The translations under genes were made by a program, and so were the position numbers. The notes below the pieces were generated by a model. It was not told the origin of the DNA. It saw nothing but the letters and a program-made list of their open reading frames with translations, and made no database searches. DNA of 32,000 nucleotides from a cyanobacterium endosymbiont of Epithemia turgida isolate EtSB Lake Yunoko (GTDB lineage: Bacteria > Cyanobacteriota > Cyanobacteriia > Cyanobacteriales > Microcystaceae). Shown here in pieces: positions 20,945-30,141 of the stretch (position 1 is the stretch's first letter; each line of letters opens with the position of its first letter). The stretch is taken from contig NZ_AP012549.1 in assembly GCF_000829235.1 (NCBI RefSeq), forward strand, positions 630,001 to 662,000, written 5' to 3'.

Positions 20945-21454
20945 TTAATCAATAGGGTTTCCTGCACGATCATAAACCATAATATCCCATTGACCATCTT
21001 GAGCAATCTCAAAAACAATACGATCACCATCTGCATTAATCATGGGGTTACGAACCTCTGCTTGTAGATTTTCAGTGAGGCTACGTTTTTGTTGATTTTG
21101 GCGATCATAAAGATAAATATTTGATTTTCCCTGACGACTCGTTGCAAAAACAATGTAGCGGCCATCTTCAGAAATTGAAGGGTGAGAAGCTACTTCATCG
21201 AGAGAATTTAGTCCCGGTAAATCAATCAACTGTCGTTTTTGTGCATTAAATAGATAAACATCTTGAGATCCATTGCGATCAGACACGAAAATAATATAGG
21301 AAGAGGTGACTTGTGGTGTTAATTCTGAAGATCGACTATTTAATCCTCGTCCCCCCGGATCAAAAGGAAACCTCAAAAGACGGGGATAACTGCCACAACT
21401 ATTTAAAAGAGTGGTTAAAATCGCCATCGAAATGAGGACAAAACACTTCACCAT
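20945..21454 (-). CDS. PD40 (TolB-like beta-propeller repeat) lipoprotein, paralog B
   Basis: 169 aa. The signal peptide has a lipobox (ILTTLLNSC). Three PD40-like repeats follow, for example PSISEDGRYIVFATSRQGKSNIYLYD and NPMINADGDRIVFEIAQDGQWDIMVYD. The ATG at 21454 directly abuts the stop of the upstream paralog. Confidence 0.8.
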   Translation of the reverse strand: MVKCFVLISMAILTTLLNSCGSYPRLLRFPFDPGGRGLNSRSSELTPQVTSSYIIFVSDRNGSQDVYLFNAQKRQLIDLPGLNSLDEVASHPSISEDGRYIVFATSRQGKSNIYLYDRQNQQKRSLTENLQAEVRNPMINADGDRIVFEIAQDGQWDIMVYDRAGNPID

Positions 21455-22054
21455 TTAAGGGTTAACGACTGAAGCACCATCAGGAATATCTAACTCTATT
21501 AAAGGACCGCGATCAAACACTTCAACATCCCATTGACCTCGCTTTGCTGTTTCAAAGACAATATAGCGTCCCTCAGGGCTAATCTGAGGATTTTTGACCC
21601 AACTTCGATACCCTTGGGTTAACAATTCAGCTTGTCGGGTGGCGCGATCATATAGAGCAATATCCGGCCGTCCTCGAATACTAGAAACATACACCAGATA
21701 GCGTCCTGTTCGGCTTAAACTGGGACTGTCGAGAACAACATTGTTCTGATTCAGTCCAGGTACGTTGACTAACTGTTTTCCCCGCAAATCATAAAGTAAA
21801 ATTTGACTGGTGCCATTACGATTGGAAACTAAAGCCAGCCACCGTCCATCACCACTTAGGGCTGGTTGACCATCATTATAGCGACTATTAAGTCCACCCA
21901 AAGCTTGAGAATGGTTAATAAAATCACAAGAATTCAGTAAACTTATTAAAATCAATAGAACCAAGTAATGCAACGGAAAACATAGACCAAATTTTTGACT
22001 AGCAAGAAGTTTGGATAAATTTCCTGGGGCTACTTTTATTACTCTAGTTTTCAC
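21455..22054 (-). CDS. PD40 (TolB-like beta-propeller repeat) lipoprotein, paralog A
   Basis: 199 aa. The lipobox is LISLLNSC. The three PD40-like repeats are PALSGDGRWLALVSNRNGTSQILLYD, PSLSRTGRYLVYVSSIRGRPDIALYD and PQISPEGRYIVFETAKRGQWDVEVFD. The annotated start is a GTG at 22054, 15 bp after the ycf66 stop, so the exact start is uncertain. Confidence 0.78.
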   Translation of the reverse strand: MKTRVIKVAPGNLSKLLASQKFGLCFPLHYLVLLILISLLNSCDFINHSQALGGLNSRYNDGQPALSGDGRWLALVSNRNGTSQILLYDLRGKQLVNVPGLNQNNVVLDSPSLSRTGRYLVYVSSIRGRPDIALYDRATRQAELLTQGYRSWVKNPQISPEGRYIVFETAKRGQWDVEVFDRGPLIELDIPDGASVVNP

Positions 22055-22069
22055 TTGAATTAATTGAGA

Positions 22070-22909
22070 TTAATAATCGAAACGAGTAGAATTCGAATCA
22101 TCATCATAGTGATCATTAATCTTTGATTCTTGATCAGTACTTGATGGATTTTTTTCCTTTCCTAGTTCGCGTTGTGGTTGATCAATGGGCTGATAATCGA
22201 CATAATTGTCTGGTGTAGGTTCTTCGGATGGAGAATTGGGATAATAGTTTTGATCAGATGAGGTATGAAGAGGGTGTTTTCTAGAAGATCTAGAAGTAGT
22301 TTCTGAAGCTTGATGATCTGGACGAGGACGACGAGGGGTGGGACGTTCCTCCCACATATCAGAGGAATCATTCCAAGCATCATATGATTGAGGGGAGGGT
22401 GAAGTAGGACGACGAGGACGACGTTGACGAGTAGGTTCGCAATCAGTATAGGATTGAGTCGAACGACGAATACTCTTGGAAGAACTACGAGGTTCTTCAT
22501 ACCCTCTTAACCGGCGGTTTTTAGCATATCCTGCCTCTTCTTCATAGGGTTCGAGTTGATCCAATTCAGCTTCTGTGTAGACACGGGTTTTACTTACCCG
22601 ACGCTCATCATCGACGACAGGAAAATTTCGTTTAGCTTGCTCTGTTGTGGCACCTCGTAGTCGAATAGTTTCCACGGCAAAAAATATAACTGAACCAGTC
22701 AGAAGAAACTGCCCAAACTGCAAGATAGGATCAAGTCGCCATCCTTGAAACAATAGAATCAAGCCACATAATAAACCTACTGCCGCAAAAAAGATATCAT
22801 GGTCTCTAGATAATTCAGGGCGGACAGATCTTAAAAAATATAAGCCAGCTCCCGCAACCGCCAGAAATATACCAAGAATGCTGGCCGAATTCAACCCAAA
22901 ATTTACCAT
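22070..22909 (-). CDS. ycf66: Ycf66-family membrane protein with a long low-complexity C-terminal extension
   Basis: The N-terminal roughly 90 aa (MVNFGLNSASILGIFLAVAGAGLYFLRSVRPELSRDHDIFFAAVGLLCGLILLFQGWRLDPILQFGQFLLTGSVIFFAVETIRLRG) is the recognisable Ycf66 domain. The remaining roughly 190 aa are rich in Arg, Pro, Ser, Asp and Glu and look disordered. Confidence 0.88.
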   Translation of the reverse strand: MVNFGLNSASILGIFLAVAGAGLYFLRSVRPELSRDHDIFFAAVGLLCGLILLFQGWRLDPILQFGQFLLTGSVIFFAVETIRLRGATTEQAKRNFPVVDDERRVSKTRVYTEAELDQLEPYEEEAGYAKNRRLRGYEEPRSSSKSIRRSTQSYTDCEPTRQRRPRRPTSPSPQSYDAWNDSSDMWEERPTPRRPRPDHQASETTSRSSRKHPLHTSSDQNYYPNSPSEEPTPDNYVDYQPIDQPQRELGKEKNPSSTDQESKINDHYDDDSNSTRFDY

Positions 22910-23303
22910 TACCCCTCTCTATATTCCATCTCTATAGTAGCGAGTTTTGACAAGGGATTTCTACTTTTTACTTCTAGGATATCTAGGAAACATCCCTATA
23001 TTTAAAAATGTTAATATTTTGACTAAGACAAACGTTTTTACTGTATAGTACCTAGTTGTGTTACTTTAACTAATAAAAATTTAACTAACTGTGATAGGGA
23101 TAACGATGATAACATTTCTCAAAACGATACTCTCCAAGAAGTTCGCTAAATAAAGTGCTATTAACTCTACACTTTTGGCTAGTTTTGGATACGCCTGTCT
23201 ACCTATTTTTAAGGGTGTTTAAACAGTTAGCTCAAGAAAATAACTTGAATTAGGGGAGTACCCCAAGTCACTACAAGTCTTTCAGAAAAAATTGTCGATT
23301 AGA

Positions 23304-24473
23304 TTATCTCTCTGTAATGGGAAACCATTTTTGTTCGCTTGGTCCGGTGTATATAGATTTAGGACGAATAATACGATCATGCTCTAGTTGTTCAAAACAA
23401 TGAGCTAACCAACCCACCACTCGACTAATTGTAAATGTACTAGTAAATAGAGGCGTAGGAATATCCAGTCCATGCAAAACTAGCGCGGTGTGGTATTCAA
23501 CGTTTGTTTTTATACTTCGGTGAGGTTTATATTCTTTGAGTAGCCTTAAAGCGATTCTCTCGACATCAACCGCAAGAGTCCAGAACTTGGAGGATCCCTT
23601 GTGGTGCCAAATATCCTCGGCTACTTCTGAAAGAAGTGCCGCTCGTGGATCTTTAACCCGATAAATGCGATGACCAAAACCCATTAGACGCTCTCTACTT
23701 TCAAACTTATGCCGTAAGTAGGGCTCTATTTCCGAAGGTTCTTTGATCTCTAATAACATTTCAATGACTGGACCTGGTGCGCCCCCGTGAAGAATCCCCT
23801 TCAACGCACCAATAGCTGCAGTTATAGCAGAGACAAAATCTGATCGGGTTGACATGACTACTCGTGCAGCGAAAGTGGATGCGTTAAGTCCATGTTCTAC
23901 AACTGTGTTGAGATAGGTTTCAAGTCCTCGAACATGCTCGGGAGAGGAATCTTGTCCCGTAAGCATATAGAGGTAATTAGCTGCATGACCTAATTCTGGA
24001 TGAGGAGCAATTATGGTTTTATCATTGATTAATCTCCAATAAGTTGCAGTAATTACAGGAATTGAGGCAATTATCTTCAGTGCACCATTAATCCCTTCTT
24101 TATCCATACGATGTGAACGCATATCCATTGACAGGCAACTTACTCCAATCCGCAAGGCTTCTGTTGGCTCAATCTGATTCTCAGCTACACTCTTTAGGAC
24201 ATCTAATATCTTGGGCTCGAGATCCCGATGACCTAATAACTTTTCAGTGAGTTGCTCCAATTCACCTTGGGTAGGGAGATGGCTGTATAAAAATAAAAAA
24301 ATAATCTCCTCAAAGGAAGCATTAATTGCAAGTTCTTCAAACGGAAACCCCAATATGGTCAACTTACCTAACTGCCCATCGATCTTACTGAGGTGATTGG
24401 GAATATTGTCCATATACTTCAAAAATCTGACTGAGATGGCTACCATACCGCAAACTCCCGTATATTGTAACAT
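23304..24473 (-). CDS. gltA: Citrate synthase family protein (divergent)
   Basis: 389 aa. The citrate synthase signature is GFGHRIYRVKDPRA. Also present are EHGLNASTFAARVV, GILHGGAPG and NVEYHTALV, which correspond to the canonical ADHELNAST, GPLHGGANE and NVDFYSG. The start is uncertain, with alternative Met codons at residues 10 and 21. Confidence 0.82.
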   Translation of the reverse strand: MLQYTGVCGMVAISVRFLKYMDNIPNHLSKIDGQLGKLTILGFPFEELAINASFEEIIFLFLYSHLPTQGELEQLTEKLLGHRDLEPKILDVLKSVAENQIEPTEALRIGVSCLSMDMRSHRMDKEGINGALKIIASIPVITATYWRLINDKTIIAPHPELGHAANYLYMLTGQDSSPEHVRGLETYLNTVVEHGLNASTFAARVVMSTRSDFVSAITAAIGALKGILHGGAPGPVIEMLLEIKEPSEIEPYLRHKFESRERLMGFGHRIYRVKDPRAALLSEVAEDIWHHKGSSKFWTLAVDVERIALRLLKEYKPHRSIKTNVEYHTALVLHGLDIPTPLFTSTFTISRVVGWLAHCFEQLEHDRIIRPKSIYTGPSEQKWFPITER

Positions 24474-24679
24474 AGTCAGATTATATATTTATCACTTAAG
24501 TCAAAAGCTTTAAAAGGCTTATATATTGCGCATTATCTCTTTATTTTAGTTAATTAGGATAGGGTGTGTTATTAGAAAGATTTTCACATCCTTAAAAAAA
24601 TTATCTTCTAAGGTAAGGCAAGAAAAGCTACATTGCATGACTATGATTTCTCTATAGGTTACCTTTGAGTTTAAATTTT

Positions 24680-24718
24680 AAAAACAATAGTTAACCCTTT
24701 TATTAGGGATTAACTATT
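24680..24718 (-). terminator. Rho-independent terminator candidate downstream of lepA
   Basis: On the minus strand, aatagttaatccct, aataaa and agggttaactatt form a 13-bp stem with one bulge. The stem is followed by gttttt and begins 14 nt after the lepA stop. Confidence 0.55.
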
Positions 24719-24731
24719 ATCTAGCTAGTTA

Positions 24732-26540
24732 CTATAACTCTAATTTTAAGACGGCCATAAACGCTTCTTGCGGAACATCAACAGTTCCAATAGACTTCAT
24801 TCGTTTCTTTCCTTTAGCTTGTTTTTGTAATAGTTTCTTTTTGCGAGAAATGTCTCCTCCATAACATTTAGCTAACACATCTTTCCGCAGTGCAGGAATA
24901 TGTTCACTGGCAATTACTTTTGTACCAATTGCTGCTTGAATAGGAACTTTAAATTGATGACGGGGAATCAACTCTTTAAGTTTTTCTGTTAGAGCACGAC
25001 CTACGCAATAGGCTTTATCTCGGTGGACAATTATAGCTAAAGCATCTACTCCATCTCCATTCACAAGAATATCTAATTTAACTAAGGGGTTTTCTCTATA
25101 ACCGATTAAATAATATTCCATACTTGCATAACCCCGTGATCGCGACTTTAATTGATCAAAAAAGTCAGTGACCACTTCAGCCAAAGGCAATTCATAAGTC
25201 AAAGCAGTTCTTGATAAAGTGAAGTAACGCATATCCTTAAATACCCCACGGCGACTTTGACATAATTCCATCAATGTTCCTACATAAGTTTCAGGGGTAA
25301 TCATTTCTACTTGGATATAAGGTTCTTCAATTTTCTCTTGTTTTTGAGGTGGAGGAAGTAAACTAGGATTATCAATTTTAATAACTTCTCCATCGACAGT
25401 GGTAACGCGATAAATTACTGATGGTGCAGTGGTAATTAGATCAAGATTGTATTCTCTTTCGAGTCTTTCTTGAACAATTTCCATGTGAAGCAATCCCAAG
25501 AAACCACAACGAAAACCAAACCCCATCGCGCTGGAGGTTTCAGGTTCATAGGATAAAGCTGCATCATTGAGTTTAAGCTTATCTAAGGCTTCGCGTAGAT
25601 CTTCATATTGATCCGCATCGGTAGGAAATAGTCCACAAAAGACCATTGGTTTGGCCTCAGTATAGCCTGGCAGAGGTTTATTGGCTGGTTCTGTGGCTAG
25701 AGTAATCGTATCTCCTACTCGCGCATCTTCTACTGTTTTAATTGCTGCGGCCAAATAACCTACTTCCCCAGCGTGTAGACTATTTACTTGGACTTGGTTA
25801 GGAGAAAGAACCCCCAATTCATCCAGATCGAATTCTTTGCCAGAGGCCATTAACCGAATTCGATCATCATTCTTAACAGTTCCATCCATAACGCGGAAAT
25901 AAACAATGACTCCCCGATAAGGATCATAATAGCTATCAAAAATCAAAGCTCTCAGGGGCTGATCCAGCATATCTTCTGGTGGAGGAACTAGATGAATGAT
26001 AGACTCTAGAATTTCATCAACTCCGACACCATTTTTAGCGGATGCTTTGATAATATTGTTACAATTAAGACCTACTACTTCTTCAATTTCAGTAGCCACT
26101 CGTTCGGGCTCAGATCCTGGTAGGTCAATCTTATTTAAAATAGGAATAATTTCTAAGTTATTCTCCAAAGCTAAATAAACATTAGCCAAGGTTTGGGCTT
26201 CCACTCCTTGGGACGAGTCTACTACCAATAAAGCTCCTTCACAAGCTGCTAAAGAACGGGACACCTCATAAGAAAAGTCTACATGTCCAGGAGTATCAAT
26301 AAGGTTAAGAACATATTCTTCGCCGTCTTTAGCAATATAGTTCATTCGCGCTGCCTGTAGTTTGATTGTAATTCCTCGCTCCCGTTCTAGATCCATATTG
26401 TCAAGGAATTGCTCTTTCATCTGTCGTTGTTCTACCGTTCCAGTATTTTGCAACATACGGTCAGCCAAAGTAGACTTACCGTGGTCAATATGGGCAATGA
26501 TAGAGAAGTTACGAATATGAGAAACAGGAACGTCGGTCAT
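24732..26540 (-). CDS. lepA: Translation elongation factor 4 (LepA)
   Basis: The conserved N-terminus [30 protein letters not shown] begins at the ATG at 26540, giving 603 aa, the usual LepA length. GTPase motifs are DTPGHVDF and NKIDL. The LepA C-terminal domain reads [25 protein letters not shown]. The track ORF extends 32 further codons upstream to 26636, which I treat as a non-coding extension. Confidence 0.96.
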   Translation of the reverse strand: MTDVPVSHIRNFSIIAHIDHGKSTLADRMLQNTGTVEQRQMKEQFLDNMDLERERGITIKLQAARMNYIAKDGEEYVLNLIDTPGHVDFSYEVSRSLAACEGALLVVDSSQGVEAQTLANVYLALENNLEIIPILNKIDLPGSEPERVATEIEEVVGLNCNNIIKASAKNGVGVDEILESIIHLVPPPEDMLDQPLRALIFDSYYDPYRGVIVYFRVMDGTVKNDDRIRLMASGKEFDLDELGVLSPNQVQVNSLHAGEVGYLAAAIKTVEDARVGDTITLATEPANKPLPGYTEAKPMVFCGLFPTDADQYEDLREALDKLKLNDAALSYEPETSSAMGFGFRCGFLGLLHMEIVQERLEREYNLDLITTAPSVIYRVTTVDGEVIKIDNPSLLPPPQKQEKIEEPYIQVEMITPETYVGTLMELCQSRRGVFKDMRYFTLSRTALTYELPLAEVVTDFFDQLKSRSRGYASMEYYLIGYRENPLVKLDILVNGDGVDALAIIVHRDKAYCVGRALTEKLKELIPRHQFKVPIQAAIGTKVIASEHIPALRKDVLAKCYGGDISRKKKLLQKQAKGKKRMKSIGTVDVPQEAFMAVLKLEL

Positions 26541-28237
26541 ATAGTTTCTAGTGAGAATAGGTTTAGCATAATTTAGAACTTCTTTATTATTTATTGTAAT
26601 GGTGATTTTGCTAAATATTGCTAGGTCTTTGGACACAATTTAAAGTTATTGAACTGAGAGTTCTCTTTTTGCCTTTCAGATAGTTGTTGGACTTTAAACC
26701 TGGAATTCTTGATTAGTTGGTGATAGATGTTCATTGGCTAAATCTAATACTCTAAGCTATTGGAAATATTCTGATTGCTTAATTGGTTGAGAAAGTTGAG
26801 TGAGAGCAATTTAATTCTCACTATTTTGTATTTATAAATAGGTTTTGTGTTTATGTCCTAGAAAAACAATAAACTCATTAATTAGTATGTTTCTTTTTAA
26901 ATAAAAAAGGCATTATTTCAGGTACTTGCTAGTCTTGACAACCCTCAGAATTATTAGAACCGGGAGAGAGATTTTAGTTTTAGGGAGTTGAGTATACTCA
27001 GAAGGGGAGAAAATTTAAATTATCGGAGTATTAAGTGTAGATTTTAAAATTAACTTTTAAAAACATGAGACTAGACATAAACCTACCTTAAATCCAACTA
27101 ATAAAATAATCAAAAAACCACTATAAAAGTTTACTGATAACTTAAAAATCATCTCCATTAATAGAGATAAAAATCTCTTGCACTATCAGAAAATAAAATT
27201 AAATATAACAAAACTGTAAAAAAATACATAAATAAATATGATTTTATTAACAAACACTAATTTAGTGTATATAAGCAATTTATTTTAAAAAACAATATAA
27301 TAAAAAAATAAAATAATTATGTTTATACTCTTAAGAATTTATATTCTGAGATTAAATCTAACAAATAAGGAAATAGTACGAAATAAAAAAATATGGAACT
27401 GATAGATTAATTAAATAATATGAGTGTGTTTTGTTGATAATTTTTCTGATTGATGTTGCTGAGTGTTCACGTATCAACTAGAACCACGAATTAAAAAATA
27501 TAAAAGAAAGAGATAAGAGAGGCTTAAAACTGATTTTTATTTTCATATCTTGGCTGTTGTATTAGTAAAAATGATAGGAAACGATTTGAGAAAATATCTT
27601 ATATGATGAGATGCTAAGATTAATCAAGGTTACAAAAAGATGGTAATAAAGTTTTAGTTAGGTTATAAGAGAGTTATAGAAAAGTAATGGGTTTCGACAT
27701 CACAGCAACCGAATTAAAAGTTGAATAAACAGAAGTAAATTTAGATTGAGTAGATAAGATTGTTGAATACTTTAGTAAGAAAGTAGTCTTTAAGAGTTTG
27801 CACTAGATTTAATTTTTTGGCAAAGGGTAAGTTTTCTAGGTACAATACTAATACTTAAGTATTCGAGCTAACTTTTCTCAACGTTGACGACTTTGTGGGA
27901 ACCTTCTAGTATATATAATCACCCTACAAGCATTTATTAATAAGTGTCAGCAGGCTTTATATTGATGTGCTTAACTCATTTTCGGAACATCGTCTGAATA
28001 GCTGTGGTAAAAATTAGTAAAGCTTTATAGGTTAGTCTGGTTATTGACATATTTCTCAAGTAAATATTAAGGCATATTTTTAAGTAAAACTCAAACATTA
28101 TCGTTAATTATGAGTCATTTCCCTAGATAAGTTAGAAAAAGTTGATGAAGTAATAGTCATTAGGATGATTATTTTATTGTTCAGTCTCACAACAAATCAT
28201 AATTAAAATAGAACTAGGAGATTAAGGATGAAGTTTA

Positions 28238-28804
28238 ATGGCTTTTAATTCTCTCAATCATTTAATAACTGCTTTAACCACACAACCTGGATGGGCGCAA
28301 TATCAACGCTATTACCGTCTATGCCAATGTTGGAATGAGGTAATTGATCCCAAAATTGTTTTTCATACTCGACCCCTATACATTCAAAGAAATTTACTCT
28401 GGGTAGCTACATCAAGTTCAGTTTGGGCTCAACATTTATCGTTACAACGCCCCCTTTTCCTCAAAAGCATTAATGCTCGATTTCCTGAAGAACCTCTTGT
28501 TGATATTCGCTTTTCCTCAGCTAAGTGGCATGATTCTAAACTGGTTGCAGACACCTTTGTCGAATCATCTCATCCAAGTAAGATTGATTTTCCCGCTCCT
28601 TGTCCACAGAGTGTCTCTGATAGCTTAATGACTCCAGCAATCGCTTTTCAACGCTGGACTGAGTTAATAAAAGGGATATCACAAGGTATGTCATTATGTC
28701 CTCAATGTCATTGTCCAACACCTCCTGGTGAACTCAAACGTTGGTCAGTGTGTATGCATTGTGCTACCCAACAATGGCAGACTAATTCTTCTTCTCCTCA
28801 GTGA
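28238..28804 (+). CDS. DUF721 (DciA-like) domain protein with a C-terminal zinc ribbon
   Basis: 188 aa. The N-terminal pattern W..VI.PKIVFHTRPLYIQRNLLWVATSSSVWAQHLSLQR is typical of DUF721. The C-terminal CPQC...CMHC forms a four-Cys ribbon. The call rests on by-eye family recognition only. Confidence 0.65.
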   Translation: MAFNSLNHLITALTTQPGWAQYQRYYRLCQCWNEVIDPKIVFHTRPLYIQRNLLWVATSSSVWAQHLSLQRPLFLKSINARFPEEPLVDIRFSSAKWHDSKLVADTFVESSHPSKIDFPAPCPQSVSDSLMTPAIAFQRWTELIKGISQGMSLCPQCHCPTPPGELKRWSVCMHCATQQWQTNSSSPQ

Positions 28805-29478
28805 TTTTACTTAAATTTAAAAATAATTTAAAAGAGTTTATTGAGGATAAATCCATTGACATGGTATTTCAGCTACTTTTTGCTACTTTTTTTCTGTTTA
28901 ATCTCTATAGGTTTATCTCAATAAAAATTTATATTTTATCTTTCAACTATTAATATGTTTTTTAGATTTTAGTGATATATAAAACTATCAGATGTATAGT
29001 AAGACAATGATTTAGACTCAGAAATTAAATTTCTTCATTTATAATATAACCTTTTATAGTAAAAACTTGATAAATACTGCTAATTTTTTTATTTTTTTAT
29101 CGTAATTATCAAACGTAAGAACACAAAAAAGAAATCTGTAAGCAGTTTAATGTAACGGTTCAATCAGCAATTCTCACTGAATAGAAAGCTTACACTCTAG
29201 CAGTTATACTTTTTACTAGGAATTTGTACAGTTTTAGACAAATTATTCGACTACAAAATGCTTTAATAACAGAATACTCACTCAAGTTAGTAAAGATTTT
29301 TATCTCTGAAACTTGAAAATCATTCCTGTGTGAGGACAACGTCTATTTAAATAAAATATAAATATTAAGGTTAACAACTTTTATTTTTTAAAGAGTTCGT
29401 GTCGGCTTTATATGAACGTAATTGTAAGTTAAATTAAAAGCTAAAGGTTGAACATCGACTTAGAAAATAGGGCACAAC

Positions 29479-30141
29479 ATGACTTTTGTTTTGACCAATG
29501 ATGAAAGGATAGATTCTCCTGGAATTCGTGCCTTACACAATGCCCTGGGAAAACAAAGGGTTATTGTCGCTCCTAAAGAACAACACTCAGACTGTGGTCA
29601 CCTCGTCACGACTAATAAACCTATTCATCTCAAAAAGCGGTCTGAGTGTAAATATGTTGTAGATGTGATCCATGCAAACTATATTTGTCTAAGTTTAACT
29701 CAATTACCTAAAGAATGCTGTCAGGGATCAATCTCGGAGCAAATATAGAGGTGTAATCTACATTTCAAGGACGGTAGCTGTTGTTAGAGAAGCAGTTATG
29801 CATGGAGTTCTATGTCCATTTCCCATTAGTTTAAGCGACCTTTAGTCATCGATTGGGACTTAGCAACAAAATGAACAGCTCAAGTATTGGATAAGCTGTG
29901 AAATTATCCCTTATCTTTTGGAAGTTTTTGGAATGTCAATTTGCCTCATTTAGAGATCGGTTCCTCAGAACCTGAAATTATATTTTGTGAAAGAAGCACC
30001 CATCACTTACCGGTAGACTATTGAGCTAAAGGAGAATTTTCTTATTATCAAGGGGAATATATTAAACGACAGCGATCATAAGTAAAAAATGTAGATATTT
30101 GTTTTTCTGGCAAAATTACAGTAACATCGATTAACATTTAG
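29479..30141 (+). pseudogene. surE: Decayed 5'/3'-nucleotidase SurE
   Basis: The N-terminal fragment reads VLTNDERIDSPGIRAL...VIVAPKEQHSDCGH, where the family motif NDDGI has become NDERI. After the frame breaks, SGINLGANIEV* appears in one frame and GVIYISRTVAVVREAVMHGV in another. Then come IDWDLATK*, FWNVNLPHLE...PEIIFCE, EFSYYQGEY, and the C-terminal VDICFSGKITVTSINI*. At least two frameshifts and several in-frame stops are visible. Track ORF 29479-29748 is only the first fragment. Confidence 0.8.

Noticed and set aside
20816-21067. 83-aa plus-strand ORF overlapping the 3' end of PD40 paralog B
   Set aside because: It is partly antisense to a supported gene, with an Asn/Lys/Ile-rich low-complexity translation.
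22162-22500. 112-aa minus-strand ORF in an alternative frame of ycf66
   Set aside because: It is nested in the ycf66 tail on the same strand but in a different frame. Its repetitive Leu/Val/Asn translation is a by-product of the low-complexity region.
23253-23264. gggg-agta-cccc hairpin as the terminator of the citrate synthase gene
   Set aside because: The stem is only 4 bp and the following U-tract is poor, so it is too weak to call.
25996-26636. ORF 25996-26178 (+), and the 32-codon upstream extension of lepA (26541-26636)
   Set aside because: The first is antisense within lepA. The extension is AT-rich and unlike LepA N-termini, and the conserved MTDVPVS start at 26540 gives the canonical length.
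28536-28721. 61-aa minus-strand ORF inside the DUF721 gene
   Set aside because: It is antisense to the better-supported plus-strand ORF and has no motifs.
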